This document shows positions 51,856 through 64,000 of a DNA stretch of 64,000 nucleotides, piece by piece. The DNA comes from Eledone cirrhosa (taxonomy: Eukaryota). A program made the translations under genes and the position numbers. The notes under the pieces are model-generated. The model saw only the letters and a list, made by a program, of their open reading frames with translations, was not told the DNA's origin and did not search any database. Within the stretch, counting starts at the first letter, position 1. Each line of letters opens with the position of its first letter. Where the stretch lies: positions 101,618,001-101,682,000 of the forward strand of contig OZ024740.1 of assembly GCA_964016885.1 (NCBI GenBank), read 5' to 3'.

Positions 51856-51935
<80 letters not shown>

Positions 51936-53018
51936 AAATACAGAGGGAGAGAGAGTGAGGGATAAAGAAAAAATACAAAGGGGGTTAAAATATGAAGCTA
52001 ACAAAGAGAGGGTATTGAAAAAGGAAGAGAAAGAGGAAAAGCGATATAAACATTGAAAATGCTGAGAACACAACAAGAACAGCACCAGCAACAACAACAG
52101 TAACAACAGCAACCTGATGATAAATAAATATAATGACAACTACAACAATAAAAATATATTGGACAACATTCAAACATAATAATCAGAATGCAGTTCACCT
52201 AAAGAAAGCTTTTTACGAATGTGTATGTATGTGCATGTGTATGCGTGTGTCCATATGTTTGTGCCAAACAAGGAACAAAATAACAGAAGCAAATAAGAAG
52301 ACAAAACACTTGTTCTCTTCTTATATGTATATTTCTGTGTATATGTAAGTTTTTATGTATATATGTGTACATCTATATATGCATGATTTATGTATGCGTA
52401 AATGTATGTATGTATGAATATGTGAGTATATCTTCAGCTGCACTTTTAGTTAATATATATATATATGTTTGTGTGTGTTATATATATAAATGTATATATA
52501 TATATATGTATATATATAAATGTATATATATATATGTGTGTGTTTATATATAAAAATATATATATATATATATACATATATATATAAATATATATATATA
52601 TATACACATGTATATATATATTTATGTGTGTTTATATATACATGTTTATATATATATTTATGTGTGTTTATATACACATGTATATATATATATTTATGTG
52701 TATTATATATAAATGTATATATATATATATATATATGTATATGTGTGTGTGTAAATATGTACATTCATATTTATATATGTGTATGTGTATATCTATTTAT
52801 TTATATACATATATATATATCATCATCCATTTTCCCTGTTAGCAAGGGTCATATATATGTATATTCATATATATGAGTGTGTTTATTTATGTGTGTATGT
52901 ATGCACACGAAGATTATATTCACACACATACATATGAATTATATCCTTGCATATACATCCATATTTGCACACACGCACACACACACACATATATCGACAT
53001 TTATATATATACATACAT

Positions 53019-53061
<43 letters not shown>

Positions 53062-53083
53062 CATAAATGTGTGTATGTATATA

Positions 53084-53132
<49 letters not shown>

Positions 53133-54259
53133 TTACTTTGACATTTCCTCTTTTTTTCAACTTGTCCTTCACCATTTTTCTTCCCAAGTTTCCACCTATC
53201 TACCTCTCTCTTCTATCCTCTCGCCACCAACCTACATCAACCCACCTCTATACCCAAATTGGCTCCTAAAGGAAAAGGCAACAATTACTATACAGGTAGG
53301 TTAGTTGGTGGAGAGCCGAAATCAATAACATTTTTTCACAAAAATTCTCTTCCAACCGACATTTTGTATCTAAGATATTTTTTCAGTCAATTTTTATTTT
53401 ATTTTATTTTTTCCAACTATTTCATATATTTTTAAGTTCTATTTCCTTATATATATATATTTTTTTTTTTGCTCTAGTTTTCTCTGGTTTATTTATTGGG
53501 TTTTGTTTTGTTTTCCTGTTCACCTCATGAAAGGCTAAAAAATTATCAATCAGTTTGTTTGTTGTTTGGTTCTATAGCAACTTGATCTTTCAGACAGATG
53601 TTTATTTTCTACCAGAATTTGTATGTATGTATGTATGTGTGTATATGTTCGTGTGTTTGTTAGTAATAATAAATACAAGACCAAAATCCAGTGAGGACTC
53701 AATAATTATTGTATATATACACAGAGATATGCAGTAAAAAAAAAGTATATATATATATATTAACAGCATATATATACTTTAATATATATATTTTTATGCA
53801 AAATATCTATAAATCTGTAGAGCAAATATTTATGATTAGCAGATTTGTGCAGATTAAAAGTTTAAGCAAGCAAACAATTTCTGCTTTCACTCTTATATGG
53901 AATCTTCTGAAATGGAAAAATATATCAACTCATATATGCAAATTCATAAAAATTACAATCAAATATCACATTTAGATATAGAAAGACATACCTAATGGTA
54001 TCATGTGAAAATCTTCAATGTAGTTACAGTTATGAGATTGCAGATAGAATAAAAAGATGTCATTACATCATTTAGCTCAGGAAGGAGATCTAATATGGAC
54101 AAAGTAAAAATCTAAAACCATATTTGGTTTTTTAAATATGCATAATATTTGAATAATCTTTTCTTACTAGCATTTATAGAAAATTATGTTAAGCGAGCTA
54201 TTAAATTTAAAAGTATGATGCTGATGATATTAATAACAACAACAACAACAATAAATAAT

Positions 54260-54434
54260 GATAATTGTTTCTACAATTATCCCAGTGCATTACTGGTGCT
54301 TTATTTTATCGACCCCGTAAGGATGAAAGGCAAAGTTAACCTTGGCAGGATTTGAACTCAGACCATAAAGAGCCATAACTCAATGCTGCAAAGCTTGGCG
54401 TCCAGCCCTCTACTGATACTGCCAATCCACCACC
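54260..54434 (-). mobile_element. SINE family 1
   Basis: Core, B box and A box on the minus strand; followed by (AAT)n at 54439-54500. Confidence 0.85.
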
Positions 54435-54438
54435 ATAC

Positions 54439-54501
<63 letters not shown>

Positions 54502-54535
54502 GCATACAAAAGATAGCACTGCTAGACACTGCACA

Positions 54536-54734
54536 ATAAATAATAATAATTGTTTCTACTTTAGGCACAAGGCCAGCAATTAACCAGTGCATTACTGGTA
54601 CTTTATTTTATCGACCCCGTAAGGATGAAAGGCAAAGTCAACCTCGGCGGGATTTGAACTCAGATCGTAAAGGGACGTAAGTATGCTGGAAAGCATGGCG
54701 TCCGACCCTCTACCAATACTGCCAATCCACCGCC
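54536..54734 (-). mobile_element. SINE family 1, young full-length copy
   Basis: Minus strand ggcggtggattggcagtattggtagagggtcggacg...gagttcaaatcc...core...(ATT)n. Confidence 0.9.
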
Positions 54735-54737
54735 ATA

Positions 54738-54912
54738 AATAATAATAATAATGATTTCTGATTTAGACACAAGGCCAGCACTTTTAGGGGAAGGGGAAAA
54801 TCGATTAAATCGACGCCAGTGTGTTACTGGTATTTTATTTTATTTTGACCCCATAAGGATAATAAACAAAGCCAACCTCAGCGAGATTTGAATCTAGAAC
54901 CTAAAGGGACAG
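54738..54912 (-). mobile_element. SINE family 1, partial and older
   Basis: Core and tail motifs on the minus strand. Confidence 0.7.
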
Positions 54913-55228
54913 AACTCTGTCATTGTACCCTATTCATTGTACAATTGTCTAATAGTGTTATTAATTCAGACATCAGCTGAGGAGGACATGATAATTAAGG
55001 ATATGTTTCATCAGGTATATACTCTTGTATGAATAAACATTAGATATCTGTCGAGGCTGAAGGTAAACACTGCTGCCTATCACATACCAAAATGGCTTCC
55101 TCTAGGAAAACTATCTTATTGTATAGAGATGGGTTTTGAGGGAGGTAACTCCTTAGAGAGCCAAGAATCCCACTGGGAGCTGTAACCAAGGTAAGGTAGG
55201 GAGGTAGCTTATAGGTGTATATATTAAT

Positions 55229-55566
55229 GGAGGCACATGGCTTAGTGATTAGAGCATTGGCCTTGCAATCGAAAGGTTGTGAGTTCAATTCTCAGACCAG
55301 GTGATGTGTTGTTTCCTTGAGCAAGACACTATTTCACATTGCTCCAGTTTACTCAGCTGTAGAAATGAGATGATAGGGACTAGTGCCCCTATCATTCCAC
55401 TGTAAAGTGGTCGTGGAGGTGCCATGGCAAAAAAGCACCCAGCACTCACTCTAAATGAGGTTGGTGTTAGGAAGGGCATCCAGCTGTAGAAATCAAGCCA
55501 GAATCAGTTCCCGTCCCACCCTTGCAAGCAGGGAAAAGTGGACGTAAAATGAAATGATGATGATGA
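55229..55566 (+). mobile_element. tRNA-derived SINE family 2 with an RTE-derived 3' part
   Basis: A box tggcttagtga, B box gagttcaattc, central ccttgagcaagacact..actcagctgtagaaatgag, RTE UTR modules, (GAT)n. Confidence 0.9.
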
Positions 55567-55624
55567 TATATATATATATATATATATATAAATGAGAGAG
55601 AGAGAGAGATATATCCCGACTGCA

Positions 55625-55673
55625 ATGCCAAGTAATTTCGGCTTGTTTGTTCAGCAAGCCTTTTCAGGGGTGT
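55625..55673 (-). ncRNA. Degenerate hammerhead-like motif in an ORF-less module (about 55615-55775)
   Basis: acaccc CTGAAAA ggcttg-ctgaacaaa-caagcc GAAA ttac TT ggcat. G8 is replaced by A and stem I is weak. Confidence 0.4.
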
Positions 55674-55842
55674 AGTAATATTTGTAGGCTGTATAAAAAT
55701 AGGTCACTAATCTTGATTGTGCTTTGATCAAATTTATCATTTTTTTAAACTTGACTGATAAAGAAAAAGGGGGACTATATATATATATATATATACACAC
55801 ATACATATACTGTATGTATATATGTATATATATATATATATA

Positions 55843-57161
55843 TCATCATCATCATCATCATCATCGTTTAACGCCCATCTTCCACACTTGCATGGGTTTG
55901 AACGGGAGTTTTCCCACATGAAGCAAGAGTGGTTGTCTTGCTCGCATAGGACTGTCTGGCGGGTTTTCTACGGCCGGATGCCCTTCCTAACACCAACCAC
56001 GTTTACAGTGTAGAACTGGGAGGTTTTTACCATGTTACCTACACGGCCACATTACAGCGTGGACTGTGTTTTTTTTTTTGTCGTGACACCTACACGACCT
56101 CATTTGTTTTGGACTGGATGTTGTGGTACAAACATAACTTTACATTGAAAGGGGTGGTGTAGATGGAGTGGGGGTAGTGGGATGGGGGTGTATTTTGTTA
56201 GCGGTGCCTACTGACTGTAGTAGGTTTCACTTTGTACTTAGGTAAGACGGGTCTTCTGTATTGCTGTGTAGCGCCAAAGATCTCGGTCCAGTGACATTGT
56301 CTTGGAGAGGTGTAAGTGTGTGAGGTTGGAATTTATCAAGTCATCCCAGGTTTTTCTGGGTCTGCCTACTCCGTGGCTACCGTCTATTTTTATTGCCCTG
56401 CACTTTTTTATACAGCTGTCGTCTTTCATGGGCATCACGTGACCATACCAACGTAGTCTTCTCTCGAGTAAACAACATCTGATCCCTCTTATTTCTAATT
56501 TTTCCCTTAGTTCGTTTATGCTTTGCCGTTCACGTATATTACTATTACACATCCAGTGGAGCATGCAAGCTTCGTTCCTCTCCAGTCTGCGTATATCCTC
56601 TGCACACAATGCCCAGGTCTCACTGCCATGTAACATTGCTGTTCGTATGCAGGCATCATACAGCCTGCCTTTCATTTTTAGAGAGAACCCTTTAGCGGCT
56701 AATAGTGGTATAAGCTCTCTGAACTTTTTCCATCCAGTTCTGACTCTAGCTACTGTACTTTCAGAGCACCCTCCACCACTGCTGATTTTGTCACCCAAGT
56801 AACGGAAGGTATCCACTATTTCTATAGAACCATCTGTGCAATGGAATGAGCTAGTATTTTGTGGGCACTTGCTGCTACTTATTGCACCAGAGCACCGGCC
56901 ACATATAAAATCTATGTTCTTAGTTAGCTTACCTGTGATCCCACTACATCTTTTATGCACCCATACTTTGCACTGAGCATGGCCATTTCCCGGATGGGAC
57001 CAGTGCCCTATTTTCCTTCCTACAAACTAGAACTTTAGTCTTAGACAGGTTAATTTTAAGGCCTTTTGATTCTAGGCCATGCTTCCATGTTTGGAATTTC
57101 TTCTCTAGTTCGGCCATTGATTCAGCTATGAGCGTTAGATCATCTGCATATAGGAGTTCCC
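55843..57161 (-). mobile_element. RTE-A LINE, 5'-truncated at WELLYADD
   Basis: ORFs 56953-57207 and 56238-56960, plus 3' UTR and tail. Confidence 0.95.
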
Positions 57162-57177
57162 ATATATATATATATAA

Positions 57178-57840
57178 ATTGGTAAAAGGAAAAGAAAATG
57201 CTGACAAATTGTTCCCAGAGAAAAATAGTTTAATTAGGAATAAGTAAAAATTAGTAATAAGTATTGGTTAGTATTCAGTTTTGGTTTTAAGTTTTTACCG
57301 GTTGCGCATTTCTAATGCTTTTCAAAAATAATTTTGAGATAGAGCGCCCTTGATGTTTGCTCTAATCTGATTAGTTTTGGAAAATCTACCTGTTTTATGT
57401 GATAAAAGTGGCTCCAGATGTATTAAAATAAGTTTCACGCCAATTCGTGTTGCAAAAATTCTTGTGGTCAAAACAATTTTGATTGGTCAGTAGAGGTCAT
57501 GTGAATGTTAAAAATTGATTTTGCGCCAAATGTAGATTTGTCTCGGCTGATTGAGAAGTCACTGAAAAATAAGTATTTTAAGACAAATATGTGTGTATGT
57601 GTGTGTGTGTAGTAGTAAAGAGGTTCATTGTTGTGATAATGATCAGTAGGGATGTGTGTGTGAATTGCAGTCATAACCGGTAAAAACTTAAAACCAAAAC
57701 TGAATACTAACCAATACTTATTACTAATTTTTACTTATTCCTAATTAAACTATTTTCCACTGGGAACAATTTGTCAGCATTTTCTTTTCCTTTTACCAAT
57801 ATATCATAACTCGTGTGTTACACCTCTATTCTTTTAAATA
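57178..57840. repeat. Module with 126-bp inverted repeats (57178-57303 and 57675-57801) and a one-sided tail
   Basis: attggtaaaaggaaaagaaaatgctgac...tttaccggtt pairs with aaccggtaaa...ttttaccaat. Same layout as the PLE modules; no ORF. Confidence 0.88.
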
Positions 57841-57918
57841 TATATATATAAATATATATATATGAAAGACGTAAAATAAGAAAATTTTAAAAATTAAAAA
57901 TTAACTTACTAAAATTTC

Positions 57919-58000
57919 ACTCCAACTAATTAGTTTCTGTAAGGGAATAAATATAGTTACGTAACGTAACTATAGAGAAGTCCTTACGTCATCAGGGAGT
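57919..58000 (-). ncRNA. Type I hammerhead ribozyme with extended stem II in an ORF-less module (about 57862-58260)
   Basis: actcc CTGATGA c gtaagg...tatagttacg-tta-cgtaactata...ccttac a GAAA ctaattag TT ggagt. Stem I actcc/ggagt; palindromic stem III ACTAATTAGT. Confidence 0.82.
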
Positions 58001-58262
58001 CTATTCTCAGCTAAGTTCCCAGGCAATGCGCGGACACTAGGAACCCATATAAAAATAATAATTCAGTGGATGGAATAAAGCTAGCGGGGACTAAATTCCA
58101 GGGCACTGAAAAAATTCACTGCCTACTTGGTCAGTGGCAAATTCTAAAGAATCAATCACGTGACACTGAGGTTATTCAGTGAGGAGTGGGGTGGTATTAT
58201 GACAAGAGCCTAACTACTACCATGAACCATAGCAGTAAATTTTGGCAAGTTTTGCTCCATAT

Positions 58263-58600
58263 GGAGGCACATGGCTTAGTGGTTAGAGCTTTGGCCTGGC
58301 AATCGAAAGGTTGTGAGTTCAATTCTCAGACCGGGTGATGTGTTGTTTCCTTGAGCAAGACACTTTATTTCACATTGCTCCAGTTTACTCAGCTGTAGAA
58401 ATGAGATGATAGGGACTGGGGTCCATATCATTCCACTGCAAAGTGGTCGTGGAGGTGCCACGGCAAAAAAGCACCCATATAAATGAAGTTGGTGTTAGGA
58501 AGGGCATCCAGCTGTAGAAATCAAGCCAGAATCAGTTCCCGTCCCACCCTTGCAAGCAGGGAAAAAGCGGACTTAAAACGAAATGAAATGAAATGATGAT
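58263..58600 (+). mobile_element. SINE family 2
   Basis: Near-identical to 55229-55566; A box tggcttagtgg. Confidence 0.9.
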
Positions 58601-58604
58601 ATAT

Positions 58605-58915
58605 ACTGTAAAGAGGTCGTGTAGGAGTCATGACAAAAAGCACCCAGCCCACTCTGTAAAGTGGTCATGTAGGTGTCATGACAAAAAGAACCCAGCCAAC
58701 ACTGTAAAGGTGGTAGTGTAGGAGTCATGACAAAAAGCACCCAGCATACACTGTAAATCTGGTTGGTATTAGGTAGGACATCCAACTGTGGAAATCAACC
58801 ATAAACAGTTCTATATGAGCAAGACATGGTCAACTGATCCAACTTGCTTCAAATGGGACAACTCGTTTAACCCATGCTAGCATGGAAAGGGAACATTAAA
58901 GGATGATGAAGATGA
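58605..58915 (+). mobile_element. RTE-type 3' UTR fragment with about four tandem 45-50-bp modules
   Basis: actgtaaag.ggtcgtgtagg.gtcatgacaaaaag.acccagc repeated. Ends cccatgctagcatggaa...gatgat. Confidence 0.8.
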
Positions 58916-59053
58916 TATATGTGTGTGTGTCTGTAAACATCACATGATTAGAGGATGGCAATGGAATTTGAAAATTGAATCAAATTAGTACCTTTAGCTG
59001 TATTTTTGACTACAGAAAATAAGGCTAAAGATTTATTCCAATATATGTGTGTA

Positions 59054-61465
59054 TCATCATCATCATTTTACATCCGCTTTTCCCTGCTTGCAAGGGTGGG
59101 ATGGCTCCTATTCAGCACATCATCTCTCCACTTGTCACGGTCCTTCGTCATCTCCACCGTGTGCTTCAGCGATTTGAGGTCTGCTCTCACCACCTCCGCC
59201 CATGTTTTTCGTAGTCTTCCTCTACTACGTCTTCCTTCAACTGGCATTTCTTGGCACTTCTTCACCCAGCGGTCATCCTCCATGTGCATCACATGTCCAT
59301 ACCATCGCAGTCTCCTCTCCCGCACACAACAATTTATCCCTCTCAGACGCAGTTTCTCTCTCAAAGCATGCATGCTCGGCCGTTCACACACATTGACATT
59401 GCACATCCAACGAAGCATGCTTGCCTCATTTCTCTCCAGCCATCGCATATCCTCTGCAGTTGCTGCCCATGTCTCACTACCATGCAGCATCGCGCACCTA
59501 ATACAGGCATCATATAACCGGCCTTTCGTATGCAGAGAGAAACCCTTCTTCGTCAGCAGAGAAAGCAGCTCCCTAAACTTCTTCCAACCAGTCCTTATTC
59601 TAGATACTATGGCCTCAGAACACACGTCCCCTCCCATGCTAATCTGATCACCTAGGTACCGGAAGCTATCAACCACTTCTATAGCACCCGCCTTCATTTG
59701 AAAAATGTATCTATCAATGCGACTTGTACTGTCTAATTTCCCTGTACATCTACTGCATACGTATCTCTGCCTACCTGTTAGTTTGCCTGCTATCCCACTA
59801 CATCTCTTGTGTACCCAAGATCTGCATTGTGTACATTTTATAGAATTTATGCCAGTTCCTTTTCTGCATATCGAACATCATCATTTCCCTGACGGAATCA
59901 GAGTATTGACCTCTTTTCTACTTATCAACACTTTTGTCTTAGCTAGGTTCGCTCTCAGTCCTCTTGCTTCCAACTGCTGTTTCCATAGCCAGAAATTATT
60001 TTCCAGCTCCTCTACTGATTCTGCTATAAGAACCAGATCGTCAACATAGAGAAGTTCCCATGGACAGCCCGTCTTAAACTCCTCTGTTATGGCTTGGAGG
60101 ACTATAATGAACAAGAGCGGGCTGAGGACTGAACCCTGATGTGCTCCTACTTGTATCTGGAATTCCTCACTAAACTCCATTCCTACCCCCACTTTACTGA
60201 CAGCACCTCTGTACAAAGCTTGCACTGTCCTCACAAGCCATTCCTTAACACCCAGCTTCCTTAGGGACCACCAGATGACAGATTGGGGTACCCTATCAAA
60301 GGCCTTCTCTGGGTCAACAAAAGCTTCTCTGGGTCAACAAATATAGTGGCTTATTCTTCTCTAAGAACCTCTCTTGTAATTGTCTCACTAAAAAGAGGGC
60401 ATCCGTTGTACTTTTCCCAGGCACAAAACTTTCTACCACTTATATGACCTGATCCATCAGTTTTATGCCCCTATAATTGCTCCTCTCCAGAGCATCCTTT
60501 TTACCTTTGTAGCAATTTATGAGAATACTGCTGCACAAGTCTTTGGGTATGACACTGCCATATATAGCCTGATTGATGATGCGTGCAACCAGTTTAGTGC
60601 CTACATCCCTGACGCCTTCAGCATTTCAGCAACTATCCCCAGCGGACTTACCATTTTTCATTTCCTTAATAGTCTCTTGTACCCTATATTCGTCAATCTC
60701 AATAGCTGGTCCCTCTGTCGGATCTATTGGAGGTAATTTCTCTCTCTTCTATTCGTTCTCCATATTCATCAGTCTCTCATAATGACATTTCCAGGCCTCC
60801 TTTTTCTGATCATTCGTGACACTAAGTACACCGGCATCATTCCGGACACATTTATCTCCAATAACATCTTGATTTAAACTGACACACTGCCTTGCAATGC
60901 GGAACACCACACGTCTCTGATCTTTCCATCGCAGAACATTAGCAAACCTCCTACTCTCAGCCTCTCTGCGTGCTAAGTACACCTGACATCTAGCTTCTCT
61001 CTTAGCAGCTGTATATCCTTCTCTACTCCCACCATTTTTCCAAGCCTTCTATGCTAGTCTTTTGTCTCTAATGGCCCTATCTGCCATGCTGTTCCACCAC
61101 CAGGTCACACTCTGTCTAGATGGAGCTCTGCTCTAGCCACAAGTTTCTTCAGTAGCCTGCAGTAAGTTGTCACGTAAGAAATTCCAGTTATCATCTATGT
61201 CATACGACTCTAAATCGTCTTTTTTTTCATCATACACATCTTGAAGGACTTTCCTAAATTTGTATTTTAGTGAAAGGTCTTTTAACTTCCAGACCTTTCT
61301 TCTCCACACCTTCCTGTATGTCTCATTCCGTCTCTTGCTTACTGCAATATCACTAACGACTAACCTATGCTGTGGGGTACATTCTTCTCCGGGGTATGCC
61401 TTGGTATTTGACACCATCTGCTTGTCCTGCTGCCTAACTAGCAAGAAGTCAATCTGGCTTATGTG
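59054..61465 (-). mobile_element. RTE-C LINE, 5'-truncated and decayed, with no 3' UTR
   Basis: ORF pieces at 61133, 60749, 59881 and 59068 are collinear with RTE-A/B but diverged. PHD remnant at about 59750-59880. The ORF ends HPTLASREKRM* directly at the (GAT)n tail. Confidence 0.92.
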
Positions 61466-61508
61466 AAATCTGGGATATATATGTATATATATATATATAT
61501 ATGTGTAG

Positions 61509-61636
61509 CATCATCACCATTTTACGTCCGTTCTTTCACGCTAGCATGGGCAGTAGCCGGTCAGCTGACCATGCCTTGCTCATACGGGAACTGATTCTGG
61601 CTTGATTTCTACAGCTAGATGCCCTTCCTAACACCA
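61509..61636 (-). mobile_element. RTE-B 3' terminal fragment
   Basis: Matches about 32232-32382 with a small deletion. Confidence 0.8.
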
Positions 61637-64000
61637 TATATATACATATAGATATATATAGATATATACACACACATATATTCACTTATACATACATATG
61701 TGTTTGTTGTGTGCAAGAGAAAAATTTGGAGTAGGTGATAGGTGTTTACATGTATGGATTTATGTGTTCATAAGTAAGTGTTCACACGCACATTTCTCCT
61801 GATCATTGTTGTTGATATCAATTATTCTCTGAAGAAAATGAATCTTATTCCATACACCAACATCAGAACAAAACACATTAAAACCAACTAAAACATTGCA
61901 GTAAATACAGTCATAAATGTTATATGATTGGCTACTAGCACCAACTTTCTTTGGAGCAATTTGTTCAATACGTAAGCTATTTACGTACTTTGTGAAGTAC
62001 AAACTCCAAGACAACAGTGAATAATTATACAACCTGTGGCTGTTTATCCACATTTGGACATTTAGGAATAACAAGAAAACAAGAAATTCCTAATAATGAT
62101 TTACTTGGGCACAAGAATCCTATTGCATATTCCATTGGCTGGCTTGAAGTGCAGTGGGTTCAGTGTGCTGATGCATCTAATCTGTTAGGTTTATTTATTT
62201 ATTTATTCATTTGTTACTGTTTCTGTTTTCCCTTTGCAAGATTTGTTGGAATGAAAGGAATATCAATTTTCTAGCAAAGTGCTTATATTTGATGTAAGTT
62301 ATTTGCAGTTATTTGAGATATTACCAGCATTTCTTTAAAGGCAGAGTAATGGTAAAAAATTGCAAAGCAGATAAAGTGCTTTACAGTTGTTTTTAGTTTC
62401 ATTTTGAGTTCAAATCCTACTGGAGTCAATTTTTGTGATTTGTCTTTCTTCAGCCATTCTCAATATATATCATGCAAGTTTTGGACTCATTCCAAATACA
62501 TGCCTCATGCTACCTGTAAAAAGAGATACCAGTTTCAAGACAATGATTAGCCTCTCTGAGGTCACTCATTGCACAAGAAATAACAACAAAATCTCTTGTA
62601 AATCGTAGTCTACTCATCATTATCACCATCATCATTATCATCATCATCACATTCTGATTTTCCATGCAGGTGTGGATTTGTGGCATCATTACAGAACAAA
62701 TTAGTGCTTTATTGGAGATCCTGTCCTCCTAGTTTGGAAACAATGTTCCATTCAAATATGTTACTTTTTTTGGCATGGTTTCCATAACTGGGTGTCCTTC
62801 TTCATGCCAACCAGATTACAGCATGTAGTGCCTGTATTGTATCATGCCTCTAGCACTAGAGAGATTCTCATGTTCTTGACATAATTGAAGAGTCCTCTTT
62901 ACCCTTTGTCTTTTAAAAATATAAAGGACATTGGATAACGTAATCTGAAAAGACTGGAGAGTAAAAGCTAGACCAGCTTTGATCATAGATTTGCTCGATC
63001 AAGGCTGACCTTGGGTTAAACACAATGGCATAATTTTGTTACAGTGTACTTATGTCAGAAATCAATATACCATAAGTGTATGGTTCACTCATATTGTCAT
63101 GAGTGTACAGATATGTCAAATTTTTTGTCTTGTTACCTTCTCATCGATCTGATCACTGATATTCAGATATATTTGTTTGTTATTTCTCTTCCCCTGAGAA
63201 TGAACAATATCAGAAAAAATAAATTCCTTCACACTATATTATCATATTTAGCAAATTTCTGTCATAAACACTTGGAAGAAAATTAAATAAGTAAATAAAT
63301 AACTATATAAATAGATAAAATAAATAAATAGATTGAAAGTCATTGCAATGATTTTGGAAAACAACTTGAATCTTCTGAAAGGATATACTTGAATTTTTTT
63401 CCAACATTTAATTTAAATTAATTTTTTTTTCAAATTTTACAACCATTTCTGCCAGCAACTTACAAAAAATATATCATTTTTACCTATTTAACGTTTTCAC
63501 TTTAACGTTTTCATTCTTAATAGCTTTTTTTGTGTGCTCTCTATTTTTTCATTTTACTTTTCCATTTTTACTGCTGCAATGCCAAATCAACTCAACTTTA
63601 CTGCAGTTGTAATCATGGGTGTTTTTTATTAGATAGCTTGCAGAGTATGATGTCATAATAGAATGTAGTTAAAGTTTCACAGCTTCTCTTCATCTATGTT
63701 CATTTTTTGTAGTTCCATTTCTTTTTTTTATGTTTTGTTATTTTAGCCATTTATTTCATTTATATATTTATTTAATTATTTAATTTTGCTTCAAGGTGGA
63801 AATAAAAGTGATTTGAGTTTAATTTTTTTTTTAAATTATAATTTTTTTTCTTTTTTATTCTTTTTAGCCTTGACAAAATTTATTAAACCATTATTGTAGT
63901 AAACACATGTGCACACTTATCTCTATAACACATAAAATATTCTATCTCTCTAAAATCAGTTGTACTCATTTGAGATAGTTATGTGCATTCTAAACCAGTA

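Noticed and set aside
53578-53620. Candidate exon between ttctatag and gtatgt
   Set aside because: The donor is just the start of a (GTAT)n repeat and the peptide is unrecognisable.
54975-55020. CTGAGGA / CTGATGA motifs (also at 23056, 31041, 45484 and 52114)
   Set aside because: None has a properly placed GAAA with paired stems.
55229-55300. tRNA gene (also 58263 and the family 1 heads)
   Set aside because: A and B boxes are present, but there is no complete cloverleaf and each continues into a SINE body and tail.
61760-62074. 104-aa minus-strand ORF in non-repetitive sequence
   Set aside because: No recognisable motif and no clear splice boundaries.

Overview
Animal genomic DNA made almost entirely of repeats, with no host gene I can recognise. 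The mix of tRNA-SINEs, RTE LINEs with (GAT)n tails and huge (TA)n/(TATG)n arrays resembles an octopod cephalopod genome (inference from recalled repeat families, not verified). The window is a stack of retroelements nested in (TA)n microsatellites. (i) Three related RTE-clade LINE families, here called RTE-A, RTE-B and RTE-C. Two copies have uninterrupted ~1040-aa EN-RT ORFs and sit head-to-head (32523-35642 minus; 36509-39670 plus). Both carry a C4HC3 PHD finger inserted inside the RT domain. (ii) A decayed CR1-group LINE with a CCCH ORF1. (iii) At least three Penelope-like element (PLE) families with GIY-YIG remnants and inverted pLTR-type repeats. (iv) Two tRNA-SINE families. The least obvious signal is non-coding. 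Manual folding gives about 12 type I hammerhead ribozyme (HHR) motifs in 6 unrelated sequence contexts, three of them in modules with no ORF. There are also about 9 fold-back or inverted-repeat modules, four of which abut the 5' end of an RTE-A copy. All YIYI/CIYI-type ORFs are microsatellite translations. Boundaries of decayed elements are approximate.
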